A DNA stretch of 54,086 nt from Ligilactobacillus sp. (GTDB taxonomy: Bacteria; Bacillota; Bacilli; Lactobacillales; Lactobacillaceae). The stretch covers positions 1-54,086 of the forward strand of contig NZ_DAIUCE010000003.1 in the NCBI RefSeq assembly GCF_036846325.1. Reading direction: 5' to 3'. Of the stretch, positions 18,132-28,535 are shown piece by piece (position 1 is the stretch's first letter; each line of letters begins with the position of its first letter). Both the position numbers and the translations under genes were made by a program. Under the pieces are notes generated by a model. It saw only the letters and a program-made list of their open reading frames with translations, was not told the DNA's origin and did not search any database.

Positions 18132-19073
18132 TCATTCGGCTTTCCTGCCCAGTTCCATGATCATGTCAAAGAAGCGCTTGTTGTCGACGTCGTAGACAAG
18201 CTGGGCTTCTCTGCCGCTTTCGTCGAGATACGTGCGTCCGTCACGCGGGAAGTCGGTATATACGCTGCATTTAACGGTCTTCTGCTTGATCAGTGTCGGG
18301 TCTTCCAGGGCGCATGTTGTCAAAACATCCCACAGGAAGTAAGTTGAGTTTGTCTCGAACATGCTGAGTTCCGGGACGAAGGCATAGCTGTTGCCAATGA
18401 AGTCGATGCCGGGGTAACGTCGTTCCTTTGCCCATGACATGCGCACGGCCGGCGTGAGAGGAACATTGTGCGTGCTTTCCAGCGCGACCATCGTGATTTT
18501 GATGCTGCTTGAAAAGACGGCTGAAACGGCCTCGGGATCCCAGAAGGCGTTCCATTCCTGCGTGCCGTCGCAATCTGGTTCGGCAACGTTGCCGCGTTCC
18601 TGGAAGGTTCCGCCCATCCACATGAGTTCTGCTATCTTGTCTTCAATTTCCGGTTTCTTTTTCAGTGCGCTGGCAAGATCGCTGAGCGGGCCGGTGAACA
18701 GAAGCGTGACGGGTTCGTTTGAATTCATCAGTTTTTCAATCAGATCGTCATCGGCTGCAAGAGGGGCCTTTGGAGTCTTGATTTCGCCTGATTCGTTCAG
18801 GATGGGCAGGGAGTTTTCAGAGTAGGCATCGAGGCGCCATTTTGCCGGGAAGGGATGGACTGCGCGGGCGTTCGAATAGGCAACCTCGAGTTTCTTGCCG
18901 TGACCGAAGCGGTCGATGACTTTCCGGCTTGCCTCCGCGGCCGGCTGCAGGTAACTGTCTGCTCCCATGACGCCGACTCCGATCAGATCAACATCATCCA
19001 TTTGAAGAAGCAGGAAAAGCGAAATGATGTCATCGACACCGCCGTCCTGACTGAAATAAACTTTTTTAGACAT
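18132..19073 (-). CDS. Inosine-uridine nucleoside hydrolase family protein
   Basis: QDGGVDD, TGPLSDLA, WMGG..GNV, EWNAFWDPEA, LWDVL; start at MSKKVYF. Confidence 0.9.
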   Translation of the reverse strand: MSKKVYFSQDGGVDDIISLFLLLQMDDVDLIGVGVMGADSYLQPAAEASRKVIDRFGHGKKLEVAYSNARAVHPFPAKWRLDAYSENSLPILNESGEIKTPKAPLAADDDLIEKLMNSNEPVTLLFTGPLSDLASALKKKPEIEDKIAELMWMGGTFQERGNVAEPDCDGTQEWNAFWDPEAVSAVFSSSIKITMVALESTHNVPLTPAVRMSWAKERRYPGIDFIGNSYAFVPELSMFETNSTYFLWDVLTTCALEDPTLIKQKTVKCSVYTDFPRDGRTYLDESGREAQLVYDVDNKRFFDMIMELGRKAE

Positions 19074-19081
19074 GTCTGTTC

Positions 19082-19275
19082 CTGCTATATAAAATGTGAA
19101 CAAATGTAATCATTTTTCGTATATTTGACTACATTTGAGAAAAGAATATAGCTTTTCCTTTCATAATTTTATTTACTGCCGTCTTCACCGGTATTCCCAT
19201 ATCCCAATTCAGGGGTAATGACATTGACCGGCTCCTGCAGCTTAAGGGTGTAGCCCACCCCGTTGATGTTTTTTT
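19082..19275 (-). ncRNA. Putative TnpB omegaRNA (right-end RNA) scaffold
   Basis: About 190 nt between the tnpB stop and the right end, with hairpins gggtg..caccc and ccggtcaat...ataccgg; position matches omegaRNA loci; 5' end uncertain. Confidence 0.5.
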
Positions 19276-19585
19276 ACGCCAGTGCCAGCAGATTCATCAC
19301 TGCATTCTCATCTCTGTCCATGACGGCGCCGCATCTATAGCAGATGTACTCATCATGCCTGGTCCTGTGCTTTCTGTTTCCTTCAAGCGTTATCTTTTCA
19401 TCTTTCTGCTTGATGTGGCCGCACTTTGAGCAGCGCTGCGTGCTTGGATGGAATTTGTCTGCAATGATCAGCCTTCTGCCGTACCATTCGCATTTGTATG
19501 CCAGAACCTGTTTCATTTCAGCATCAGGATAAAGGCGGACCTTCTGAACCCTGATTGCCGTTCTCTTCGGGTTCGGCATTGACAT
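19274..19585 (-). pseudogene. tnpB: TnpB remnant: N-terminal fragment fused in frame to the C-terminal zinc ribbon/RuvC-III
   Basis: IRVQKVRLYP joined to AYKCEWYG...PSTQRCSKCG...CYRCG..DRDENAVMNL; about 100 aa versus about 400 aa for full TnpB. Confidence 0.85.
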
Positions 19586-19916
19586 AATATTCACCTCACA
19601 TTTTGTCTTTCTGTTGAATATTATGTCACATTCGGTAGCTTTTGAGTATAATTTTAACTACAGTTTATTCCCTCCATGAGATATCGTAAAAATACGAACT
19701 ATTAGAGTTGATTGGAAGAAAATGGGATTCAGGTAAAACCTTTTACCTGTCCGCAATCCGCACAACATTACGATTATACCACGGGTTACGGACGTTTTAA
19801 AACCTATTAAAAACGAACGTTAGGAAAAAAATTTCGAGAATTATATTGATTTTACAAAAAAACAATGTATACTAAAATTTGTAAATTGATTAATCTGTTT
19901 TGGAGGGTGTACTATA

Positions 19917-20942
19917 ATGCACATTAACAAGAAAATTGCTTCGGCCATTGCGGCAACATTGATGCTCGGCACGGTTCTCGTTGGCTGCGGCAACGGTAGT
20001 TCTGATTCCGCAAAGGCAAAGCACACGGCTGCTCTGGTAACTGACGGCGGCAGTATTGATGACAAGTCCTTCAACCAGTCAGCCTGGGAAGGTCTTGAAG
20101 CATGGGGTAAGGAAAACAAGCTTGAAAAGGGCGTAAACGGCTACAACTACGCACAATCAAACTCTGATGCAGATTTCACTCCGAACATCAATAAACTGAT
20201 CAAGGCCAAGTACGGCACGATTTTCGGAATCGGCTACAAGCTTGCTCCGGTCATCAAGAAGACGGCCAAGCAGAACCCGAAGACGAACTTCGTCATCATT
20301 GATGACGTCGTTTCCGGCAAGAACGTTGCTTCCGTAACGTTCAAGTCAGAACAGTCTTCATTTTTGGCAGGCGTTGCTGCCGCAGAAACGACGAAGACTA
20401 ACAAGGTCGGCTTTCTGGGCGGTGTTAAGAGTGATGTCATTACAACCTTCGAAAAAGGTTTCATCCAGGGCGTTCATGCCGTAAATCCGAAGATTACGGT
20501 TGACGTCAAGTATGCAGGCTCGTTTACAAAGGCCGATCTCGGCCAGTCAATGGCAACGGCAATGTACAACAACGGTGAGGACATTATCTTCCATGCCGCC
20601 GGCGGTACTGGCGCGGGTGCATTCACGGCTGCCAAGAACCTTGCCAAGAACGGCAAGAAGGTCTGGGTCATCGGTGTCGATCAGGATCAGAAGGCTGACG
20701 GCGCATACAAGGGCGGCAACGTCACGCTTGCATCTGCTGTCAAGGAAGTCGGCAATGCCACAAAGGATATCGCAAACAAGGCCATGAAGGACAAGTTCCC
20801 TGGTGGCAAGACCGTTACCTATGATCTCAAGAGCAAGGGCGTCGATCTGGTAAACGACAACATGTCAGACTCTGCCTGGAAGGCTGTTCAACAATACAAG
20901 CAGAAGATCATCAAGGGCGATTTGACGGTTAAGGCAAAATAA
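19917..20942 (+). CDS. BMP-family lipoprotein, nucleoside ABC transporter substrate-binding protein
   Basis: Lipobox LVGC; DDKSFNQSAWEG; WVIGVDQDQ. Confidence 0.93.
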   Translation: MHINKKIASAIAATLMLGTVLVGCGNGSSDSAKAKHTAALVTDGGSIDDKSFNQSAWEGLEAWGKENKLEKGVNGYNYAQSNSDADFTPNINKLIKAKYGTIFGIGYKLAPVIKKTAKQNPKTNFVIIDDVVSGKNVASVTFKSEQSSFLAGVAAAETTKTNKVGFLGGVKSDVITTFEKGFIQGVHAVNPKITVDVKYAGSFTKADLGQSMATAMYNNGEDIIFHAAGGTGAGAFTAAKNLAKNGKKVWVIGVDQDQKADGAYKGGNVTLASAVKEVGNATKDIANKAMKDKFPGGKTVTYDLKSKGVDLVNDNMSDSAWKAVQQYKQKIIKGDLTVKAK

Positions 20943-21056
20943 TCTGCGTAAAAGCGCTGGCTCCTTAAAGGAGCAATCGGGTGGAGTATTGGTTTTTAAG
21001 ATCAGCCGGTACTTCACCTTTTTTATGGAAGAACGCATCAAATTCAGGAGGGAAAT

Positions 21057-22577
21057 ATGAGTACAAGCGTCGTTGAAATGAGACACATCACGAAAAAATT
21101 CGGCAATTTCAAAGCCAATGACGATATATCTCTTACATTGCACAAAGGTGAAATTCTAGCTCTCTTGGGAGAAAATGGCGCCGGCAAGTCAACATTGATG
21201 GGAATGCTTTCCGGACTTTTGAAACCGACTGAAGGTCAGATCCTCGTTGAGGGAAAGGAAGTCGAAATGGAAAGTCCGCGCGATGCCAAAAAGCTCGGAA
21301 TCGGCATGGTTCATCAGCATTTCATGCTGATTCCTGCATTTACCGTGCTGGAAAACATCATTTTAGGTGAAGAACCGCTCAAAGGCGGCAGAATCGACTA
21401 CAAGAAGGCTTCACAGGAAATTGAGAGACTGGCCGAAAAATATCAGCTTGACATCGACCTGAAGGCCAAGGTCTCTGATATTACGGTCGGGATGCAGCAA
21501 CGTGTCGAAATTATGAAGGCTTTGTACCGCAAGGCCAACATCTTCATCTTCGATGAGCCGACTGCCGCATTGACGCCTCAGGAAATCGACCAGCTGATGA
21601 AGATTTTCCGCGCGTTGGCCGATGAAGGAAAATCCATCATCTTCATCACGCACAAGCTCAAGGAAATCAAGGAGGCTGCTGACCGCTGCATCGTGATTCG
21701 CGCCGGTCGCGTCATTGACGACGTGATGGTCGCAGACGTTGCCGAAGAAAAGATGGCCGAAATGATGGTCGGAAGAAAGATCAGGACGACGGTTGACAAG
21801 GCAGAAGTCGATCAGTCAAGGGCGGTTCTTGAAGTCAAGGGGCTGAATGTTGAAAACAATGGCCTTCAGGCAGTCAAGAATCTCGATCTGACGGTTCATA
21901 CCGGCGAAATCGTCGGGGTTGCCGGCGTTGACGGCAACGGCCAGAGCGAATTGATTGATGCCCTGACAGGAATGCGTAAAATCAAGTCCGGTTCGGTCAG
22001 GATCAACGGCAGGGAATATGCCAACCATCCGGTCAGGGAAATCACTGAAGCAGGCGTCGGGTACATCCCTGAAGACCGCCAGGTTGTTGGTCTCGTCTTG
22101 CCGATGACGATTTCTGAAAACCTTGCCTTGAAGAAATATTATCAGAAGCCGTTCAACAATCACGGCATCCTGGAATATGCCGACATCAACAGGAACGGCA
22201 GGGAACTGATTGAAAAATTCGACATCCGTTCTCAAAGCGAAAGGGAATCAGTCGGATCTCTTTCGGGCGGCAATCAGCAGAAAGTCATCGTTGCCCGTGA
22301 AATCGCAGGCGAACCCGAGCTGCTGATTGCGGCCAACCCCACCCGCGGCGTTGACGTTGGCGCAATCGAATACATTCATGAAAAAATCAATGATGAACGA
22401 AATGATGGCCGTGCAGTTCTGCTGGTAAGTTTTGAACTGGACGAAATTCTCAAACTTTCGGATCGCGTCGTCGTGATGCATGCAGGCGAAATCGTCGGCG
22501 AAATCGACCCGAAGAACACGTCTGCTGAAGAATTAGGCTTGATGATGGCCGGCAAGAAGACTGCCGGTGCCGAATAG
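21057..22577 (+). CDS. Nucleoside ABC transporter ATPase with two NBDs
   Basis: GENGAGKST, GMVHQHFML, LSGGNQQK, PTRGVDVGA. Confidence 0.93.
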   Translation: MSTSVVEMRHITKKFGNFKANDDISLTLHKGEILALLGENGAGKSTLMGMLSGLLKPTEGQILVEGKEVEMESPRDAKKLGIGMVHQHFMLIPAFTVLENIILGEEPLKGGRIDYKKASQEIERLAEKYQLDIDLKAKVSDITVGMQQRVEIMKALYRKANIFIFDEPTAALTPQEIDQLMKIFRALADEGKSIIFITHKLKEIKEAADRCIVIRAGRVIDDVMVADVAEEKMAEMMVGRKIRTTVDKAEVDQSRAVLEVKGLNVENNGLQAVKNLDLTVHTGEIVGVAGVDGNGQSELIDALTGMRKIKSGSVRINGREYANHPVREITEAGVGYIPEDRQVVGLVLPMTISENLALKKYYQKPFNNHGILEYADINRNGRELIEKFDIRSQSERESVGSLSGGNQQKVIVAREIAGEPELLIAANPTRGVDVGAIEYIHEKINDERNDGRAVLLVSFELDEILKLSDRVVVMHAGEIVGEIDPKNTSAEELGLMMAGKKTAGAE

Positions 22578-22585
22578 GAGGAAAA

Positions 22586-23668
22586 ATGTTGAAGGGAAAG
22601 AATAAGAATGCCTTGATCATCCCGCTTCTGGCCGTTCTTTCCGGCTTTATCGTCGGAGCGGTTCTGATGCTTGTTTTTGGCTATAATCCGATTCAAAACT
22701 ATGTTAACTTGTTTGCCGGCGCATTCGGCGATATCTATTCCGTCAGCGAAACACTGCGCAACATGACGCCGCTGCTTTTGACGGGTCTTGGCTTTGCCGT
22801 TTCCAGCAAGGCCGGATTCTTCAACATCGGCGGCCCTGGTCAGTATCTTATGGGCTGGTTCGGCGCAATCGTCTTCGCTCTGCATTTTCATGCTCTGCCA
22901 GGAATCGTCCTGATCATAGGCTCCATCCTGTGCGGTGCGCTGTGCGGCGCAATCTGGTCAGGAATTGCCGGCGTCTTGAGAGCATTTTTCGGAACGAGCG
23001 AAGTTATTTCAACAATCATGCTGAACTATATTGCTTTATATTATGTAAACTATGCCATCAAGACCTGGCTTGCTCCGAAAGGTTCCGACTCATCCCCGAA
23101 CATTCCGAAGAAGGCAAGTCTGTGCACCGATTTCCTGCAGAATCTGACACACGGATCAACGTTCCACTGGGGCTTTTTCCTGGCAGTTCTCTGCGCGTTT
23201 GCGGTTTGGTTCTATTTCAACAAGACCCGTTCCGGCTTTGAAGTGCGCAGCGTCGGAATGAATCCTTCTGCCTCGCGTTATGCCGGCATGAACGTCAGGA
23301 AGACGATTATCGTTGCAATGGTCATCTCGGGTATTCTGGCAGGACTGGCCGGAGCGCTCGACGGCATCGGCAACTATCAGAACATTTCCGTTTCAAACTC
23401 TACGCCAAGTGTCGGCTTTGACGGAATGGCCGTAGCCCTGCTTGCCGGTGAGAATCCGATCGGCATGCTGTTTTCGGCCCTGCTCTTCTCAGCGCTTCAG
23501 ATCGGTGGTCTGAGCATTTCGGTGCTTTCGACGACGCCGTCTGAAATCGTCAACGTCGTGATGGCTTCGATTATTTTCTTCGTCGGAATCAAGTATGCGT
23601 TTGAAATGCTGATCAGCAAGGGCGTAATCAGGAAGAGTGCCAAGGCAAAGGAGGCAGACAACCAATGA
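22586..23668 (+). CDS. Nucleoside ABC transporter permease
   Basis: FNIGGPGQ, SEVISTIMLNY, GFDGMAVALL. Confidence 0.92.
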   Translation: MLKGKNKNALIIPLLAVLSGFIVGAVLMLVFGYNPIQNYVNLFAGAFGDIYSVSETLRNMTPLLLTGLGFAVSSKAGFFNIGGPGQYLMGWFGAIVFALHFHALPGIVLIIGSILCGALCGAIWSGIAGVLRAFFGTSEVISTIMLNYIALYYVNYAIKTWLAPKGSDSSPNIPKKASLCTDFLQNLTHGSTFHWGFFLAVLCAFAVWFYFNKTRSGFEVRSVGMNPSASRYAGMNVRKTIIVAMVISGILAGLAGALDGIGNYQNISVSNSTPSVGFDGMAVALLAGENPIGMLFSALLFSALQIGGLSISVLSTTPSEIVNVVMASIIFFVGIKYAFEMLISKGVIRKSAKAKEADNQ

Positions 23669-24624
23669 GTTTAGAAACGATTTTGATGACGGTTTTCTCG
23701 TCAACGCTGATTTATGCGGCCCCGTTGATTTTCACGGCTCTGGGCGGCACGTTCTCCGAGCGAAGCGGCATCGTCAACGTCGGGCTTGAAGGGATGATGA
23801 TCGTCGGAGCCTTCAGCAGCACGGTCTTCACGTTATCCTTCAGCAGTGCGTTGGGTGCGGCGGCTCCGTGGCTTTCAATCCTTGTCGGCGGCTTTTTCGG
23901 ATTTCTGTTTTCAATTCTGCATGCCGTTGCAACGGTTAACTTCAGGGCCGACCACATCATCTCAGGGACGGTCTTGAACCTGCTTGCTCCCGGGCTTTGC
24001 GTCTTCCTGACCCGGATCATCTACAACGGCAAGGGTCAGACGCCGATTATCGAACAGGGTCTTGGAACCTACACTTTCCCGGGACTTTCAAAAATTCCGG
24101 TTTTAGGAAAGATTCTGTTTACGCGTACGTCCCTTGTCGCATATGTTGCGATTCTGATTGCAATTGTCAGCTGGTACTTCCTGTATCGCACAAACGTCGG
24201 GCTGCGTCTGCGTTCCGTTGGTGAAAATCCAGTGGCGGCAGACACCCTTGGTATTGATGTCTACAAATACCGCTATCTGGGCGTCCTGATTTCGGGCTTT
24301 TTAGGCGGTATGGGCGGTGCCGTGATGGCTCAGTCAATCACGATGAATTTCTCGTCGAATACGATTTCCGGTCAGGGCTTCATGGCTTTGGCAGCCATGA
24401 TTTTCGGCAAGTGGCATCCGATCGGTGCGATGGGAGCGGCATTGTTCTTCGGGCTGGCACAAAGTCTGCCAATCACAGGAGCCTATATTCCGCTTCTCAG
24501 CCACGTCAACTCGGTCTGGTTCCAGGTTGCACCGTACGTCATCACGATTATCGTGCTCGTGATCTTCCTCGGCAAGGCGGTCGCACCGGCTGCTGACGGG
24601 ACTAATTACGTCAAGAACAAGTAG
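23665..24624 (+). CDS. Nucleoside ABC transporter permease
   Basis: SERSGIVNVGLEG, GQGFMALAAMIFGKW. Confidence 0.92.
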   Translation: MSLETILMTVFSSTLIYAAPLIFTALGGTFSERSGIVNVGLEGMMIVGAFSSTVFTLSFSSALGAAAPWLSILVGGFFGFLFSILHAVATVNFRADHIISGTVLNLLAPGLCVFLTRIIYNGKGQTPIIEQGLGTYTFPGLSKIPVLGKILFTRTSLVAYVAILIAIVSWYFLYRTNVGLRLRSVGENPVAADTLGIDVYKYRYLGVLISGFLGGMGGAVMAQSITMNFSSNTISGQGFMALAAMIFGKWHPIGAMGAALFFGLAQSLPITGAYIPLLSHVNSVWFQVAPYVITIIVLVIFLGKAVAPAADGTNYVKNK

Positions 24625-24689
24625 TCATGAAGAGTCTTTGAGAGACTATGCCTCAAACCGGGACTGAATGGAAAATCTGTCTTAAGTTT

Positions 24690-24735
24690 AAAACGCATAT
24701 GATTCATAATCACCCTTATGAATCATATGCGTTTT
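24690..24735. repeat. 20-bp perfect palindrome, possibly also a terminator
   Basis: aaaacgcatatgattcataa-tcaccc-ttatgaatcatatgcgtttt. Confidence 0.8.
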
Positions 24736-25103
24736 TACTTTGACCGGACATCTGTCAGGCGTTCAAACTCAGGAGCGTGACGGGACAGCAGACCAAAATT
24801 CTGAATTTCGTCCGAAATAGTCTGCTTTGTCCGGTATTTCAACAGGCAAAGAAGACTTTCTCCCAGCCTCGGTTTTTATTCTGTGCCGGTTGAGTCTGAA
24901 AGCTGCAATCCAGGAAAAACATCCGCGGCATTTTCCAGCAAAAGCTGCCGGTATCGTGGATTTGCCAGTAACCGGACAAGCTGATTAAAGTTTATTCGGC
25001 TGAAATCAAAATAGGCTTGATTTTGCATTAATTATGGGTATATACTTTTAATATATCTAGTATGCAACCGCTTTTATTGCGGCGTGACAGAGAGGTCTTA
25101 CGT

Positions 25104-26105
25104 ATGGCAACAATCAAGGACGTTGCGCGTCTGGCGGGAGTTTCTCCTTCGACCGCCTCGCGTGCGATGCATGACAGTTCACTTATAAGTGAAGAAACTA
25201 AGCAAAGAGTGCGCAAGGCAATGGCGAAGCTTGACTATTCACCGAACTTTGCGGCGCAGAATCTGGCGAACAAGTCGTCAAACATGATCGGGGTTATCCT
25301 GCCTGCAAGAGAGGATTCCGTCGGAGACAACCCGTTCTTTATTCAGATTATTCAAGGATTGGCAACGATCTGCAACGCACATGACTATATGGTTTCCGTA
25401 GCAACGGGTCAAAGCGAGGATGAGCTGGTCAGGAACATCGAGACGATGATCAAGCGAGGCAACATCAGGCAGTTCGTCTTCGTCTATTCCAAGGCGCACG
25501 ACAAGGTTCTGGAGTATGTCAAGAAGCAGGACGGCGTGCGGTTCGTCATTATCGGTACGCCCTATGAAGATCGGGAAACGACGCTTTACGTCGACAATGA
25601 CAACCGAAAGGCCGGGTTTGACGCGACGGAATTCCTGTATGACAAGGGGTTGGAAAATATTCTGTATGTCTACACCGATCTTGATGAAAACGTGCAGAAC
25701 GACCGCTTTCTGGGGTATAGGGATGCCGTCAGGAAGCATGGAGGACAATTGCTGAGCCTGAGCCTTGGAAGCGAAGACGAACAGGAGCGCACGAAGGCCT
25801 TGAAGGATTATTTCAAGGCCTATCCGGAGATTGAGGCAATCATCGCGTGTGACGACATTCTGGCGTTCAAGACGGAGTATTCATGCGAAGCCGCAGGAAT
25901 CGACGGCAGAAGGCTTGCAATGATGGGCTTCAACAATTCCGCATATGACAAGATCATGCATCCGACGCTGACTTCGGTCGAGATCTTCCCGCGTTTTCTG
26001 GGATCTGAGGCTGCGGCGCTTGCGATTGACTCGAATCTTAAAATTGAAAGCAACTGCGTGATTGTCCCGCACAAGGTCATCGAGCGCGAATCAACGGAAA
26101 TATAG
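25104..26105 (+). CDS. malR: LacI-family regulator, MalR-like
   Basis: MATIKDVARLAGVSPSTASR HTH; adjacent to maltose phosphorylase. Confidence 0.85.
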   Translation: MATIKDVARLAGVSPSTASRAMHDSSLISEETKQRVRKAMAKLDYSPNFAAQNLANKSSNMIGVILPAREDSVGDNPFFIQIIQGLATICNAHDYMVSVATGQSEDELVRNIETMIKRGNIRQFVFVYSKAHDKVLEYVKKQDGVRFVIIGTPYEDRETTLYVDNDNRKAGFDATEFLYDKGLENILYVYTDLDENVQNDRFLGYRDAVRKHGGQLLSLSLGSEDEQERTKALKDYFKAYPEIEAIIACDDILAFKTEYSCEAAGIDGRRLAMMGFNNSAYDKIMHPTLTSVEIFPRFLGSEAAALAIDSNLKIESNCVIVPHKVIERESTEI

Positions 26106-26109
26106 CATT

Positions 26110-26145
26110 AAAACCGCTGGAATCTGAAAGGTTCCGGCGGTTTTT
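26110..26145 (+). terminator. Terminator after malR
   Basis: aaaccgctggaatc / ggttccggcggttttt. Confidence 0.75.
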
Positions 26146-26190
26146 GTTCATGAAAATACAGTGCCGCTGAAAATTTTTTCAAGAAAGTGC

Positions 26191-26245
26191 TTGCAAGTGC
26201 AACCGATTGCATATATAATAATAAGCGAAAATGAAAACGTTTGAA
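26191..26245 (+). promoter_or_regulatory. Maltose operon promoter with a LacI-type operator and a cre-like site
   Basis: TTGCAA-17-TATAAT (26191-26219); palindrome TGCAACCGATTGCA (26198-26211); TGAAAACGTTTGAA (26232-26245). Confidence 0.7.
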
Positions 26246-26263
26246 TGAAGGGCGGCATAGGAA

Positions 26264-28522
26264 ATGAAACGTATTTTTGAAATAAATCCATGGAAGGTAA
26301 TCACGCATACATTCAATAAGGAAGACAAGCGTCTTCAGGAAAGCATGACGAGCATCGGCAACGAATATATGGGCATGCGCGGAATGTTTGAGGAAAAATA
26401 CTCCGGCGATACGCACAAGGGCATCTATCTCGGCGGCGTCTGGTTCCCCGACAAGACGCGCGTCGGATGGTGGAAGAACGGCTATCCCGAATACTTCGGC
26501 AAGGTCATCAATGCGGTTGATTTTGTCAGCGTCGACATCAGGCTTGACGGAGAATCGGTTGACCTGGCCAAAGATGAATTCAGCGACTTTGAACTTGCGC
26601 TTGACATGAAGAACGGCGTCCTGACAAGAAGCTATGTTGTCAAGCGCGGTGAAAAGAAGGTCAGGTTGAGTTTCGAGCGCTTTGTCAGCGTTGACATGAA
26701 GGAACTCTATGCGGACCGAATCACGGTCGAAAACCTCGGCTCAACTGCAGTCAAGGTTGAAATCGACTCGGTCATCGATGCTGACGTCTTCAATGAAGAC
26801 TCAAATTACGATGAGAAGTTCTGGAATGTTCTCAGCAAGAAGGCTGACAGGACAACGGGCCGTCTTGTTGCAAGGACGATTGAAAACAACTTCGGAACAC
26901 CTCAGTTCACGACGGAAATGCTCATGCAGAACGTTTCCGATCTTGAGGCAAAGGATCCGGAGGAAACTGATCTCAAGGTTGCAAACGCCTTTGAAGGCGA
27001 GGTTGCAGCAGGTCAGAGCACTGTATTTGAAAAGCGCGTCATCGTCGTGACGTCACGTGACTATGACACTGTCGAGGCGCTTGACGAAGCAGCTGAGAAG
27101 CTTTCCGCAAAACAGGCGGAATCAAGCTTTGACGAACTGCTGGCAGCACAGGCAGACGGTTGGGCAAGGCGTTGGGAAAAAGCCGACGTTGTCGTTGAAG
27201 GAAACGATGAATCGCAGCAAGGCATTCGCTTCAACCTGTTCCAGTTATTCTCGACCTATTACGGAAACGATGCGCGCCTGAACATTGGTCCGAAGGGATT
27301 CACCGGCGAAAAGTACGGCGGTGCCACTTACTGGGATACCGAAGGTTTTGCCGTTCCCCTGTATCTGGCACTGGCAGACAAGTCAGTGACGCGGAACCTG
27401 CTTGAATACCGCCACGAACAGCTTCCGGGCGCATACCACAACGCAAGGCAGCAGGGACTGAAAGGCGCATTGTTCCCAATGGTGACGTTCAACGGAATCG
27501 AATGCCACAACGAATGGGAAATCACGTTTGAGGAGATTCACCGCAACGGAACGATCGCATATGCAATCTACAACTATACGCGCTATACGGGCGATACCGA
27601 ATACGTGACGCATGACGGCTTTGACGTCCTGGTCGGCATCGCACGCTTCTGGGCAGACCGCGTTCACTTCTCAAAGCGCAAGGGCATGTACATGATTCAT
27701 GGCGTGACGGGTCCGAACGAATACGAAAACAACGTCAACAACAACTGGTATACGAACATGCTTGCCAAGTGGTGCCTGGACTATGCAAACGAAATCGCTG
27801 ACAAGGTCGACGACGAGAAGACGGCTGAGCTTGCCCTGACTTCAGAAGAACGTGCCAGGTGGCATGAAATCGCAGACAACATGTATCTGCCTGAAGACAG
27901 GGAATTAGGCATTTTCGTCCAGCACGACACGTTCCTTGACAAGGATCTGACGCCGGTCAGGGATCTTCCGCAGGACCAGCTGCCGCTCAATCAGCACTGG
28001 TCATGGGATCACATCCTGCGTTCGCCGTACATCAAGCAGGCTGATGTTCTTCAGGGCATTTACTACTTCATCGACCGCTTCACACAGGAGCAGAAGGAAC
28101 GGAACTTTGACTTCTACGAACCGCTCACAGTTCATGAATCAAGCCTTTCCCCATCGATTCATGCCATTCTTGCCGCCGATCTTCACAAGGAGGACAAGGC
28201 TTTTGAAATGTACTCAAGAACTGCGCGTCTTGATCTTGACAACTATAACAACGATACGAACGATGGTCTGCACATCACGTCCATGACCGGTTCATGGCTT
28301 GCAATCGTGCAGGGATTTGCAGGAATGCGCGTCATTGATGACGAGCTGCAGTTTGCACCGTTTCTTCCGAAGGAATGGACGGGCTACAAGTTCAGAATCA
28401 ACTTCCGCGACCGTCTTCTGAGCATTGATGTCAGCCGTGAAGGAACGGACATCGACCTGCTCAAGGGCGATGACCTGACAATCAGGCTGAACGGAAAAGA
28501 TTTGAAACTTACGGCAAAATAA
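26264..28522 (+). CDS. mapA: Maltose phosphorylase (GH65)
   Basis: [37 protein letters not shown]. Confidence 0.93.
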   Translation: MKRIFEINPWKVITHTFNKEDKRLQESMTSIGNEYMGMRGMFEEKYSGDTHKGIYLGGVWFPDKTRVGWWKNGYPEYFGKVINAVDFVSVDIRLDGESVDLAKDEFSDFELALDMKNGVLTRSYVVKRGEKKVRLSFERFVSVDMKELYADRITVENLGSTAVKVEIDSVIDADVFNEDSNYDEKFWNVLSKKADRTTGRLVARTIENNFGTPQFTTEMLMQNVSDLEAKDPEETDLKVANAFEGEVAAGQSTVFEKRVIVVTSRDYDTVEALDEAAEKLSAKQAESSFDELLAAQADGWARRWEKADVVVEGNDESQQGIRFNLFQLFSTYYGNDARLNIGPKGFTGEKYGGATYWDTEGFAVPLYLALADKSVTRNLLEYRHEQLPGAYHNARQQGLKGALFPMVTFNGIECHNEWEITFEEIHRNGTIAYAIYNYTRYTGDTEYVTHDGFDVLVGIARFWADRVHFSKRKGMYMIHGVTGPNEYENNVNNNWYTNMLAKWCLDYANEIADKVDDEKTAELALTSEERARWHEIADNMYLPEDRELGIFVQHDTFLDKDLTPVRDLPQDQLPLNQHWSWDHILRSPYIKQADVLQGIYYFIDRFTQEQKERNFDFYEPLTVHESSLSPSIHAILAADLHKEDKAFEMYSRTARLDLDNYNNDTNDGLHITSMTGSWLAIVQGFAGMRVIDDELQFAPFLPKEWTGYKFRINFRDRLLSIDVSREGTDIDLLKGDDLTIRLNGKDLKLTAK

Positions 28523-28535
28523 GGAGGATCAGAAC

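Larger units (their letters stand above)
19082..19670 (-). mobile_element. Non-autonomous IS607-type element with internally deleted tnpB and no usable tnpA
   Basis: Bounded by GG at both ends (minus strand: catggagg|gaataaactgtagtt ... ttttatatagcag|gaacagacATG); no TSD or terminal IRs; removal restores the GGAGG SD of the neighbouring gene; boundaries +/-1 nt. Confidence 0.75.

Noticed and set aside
19082..19670. IStron (group I intron-IS607 fusion) that would splice out and restore the SD
   Set aside because: Only about 85 nt lie between the left end and the ORF, too little for a group I catalytic core.
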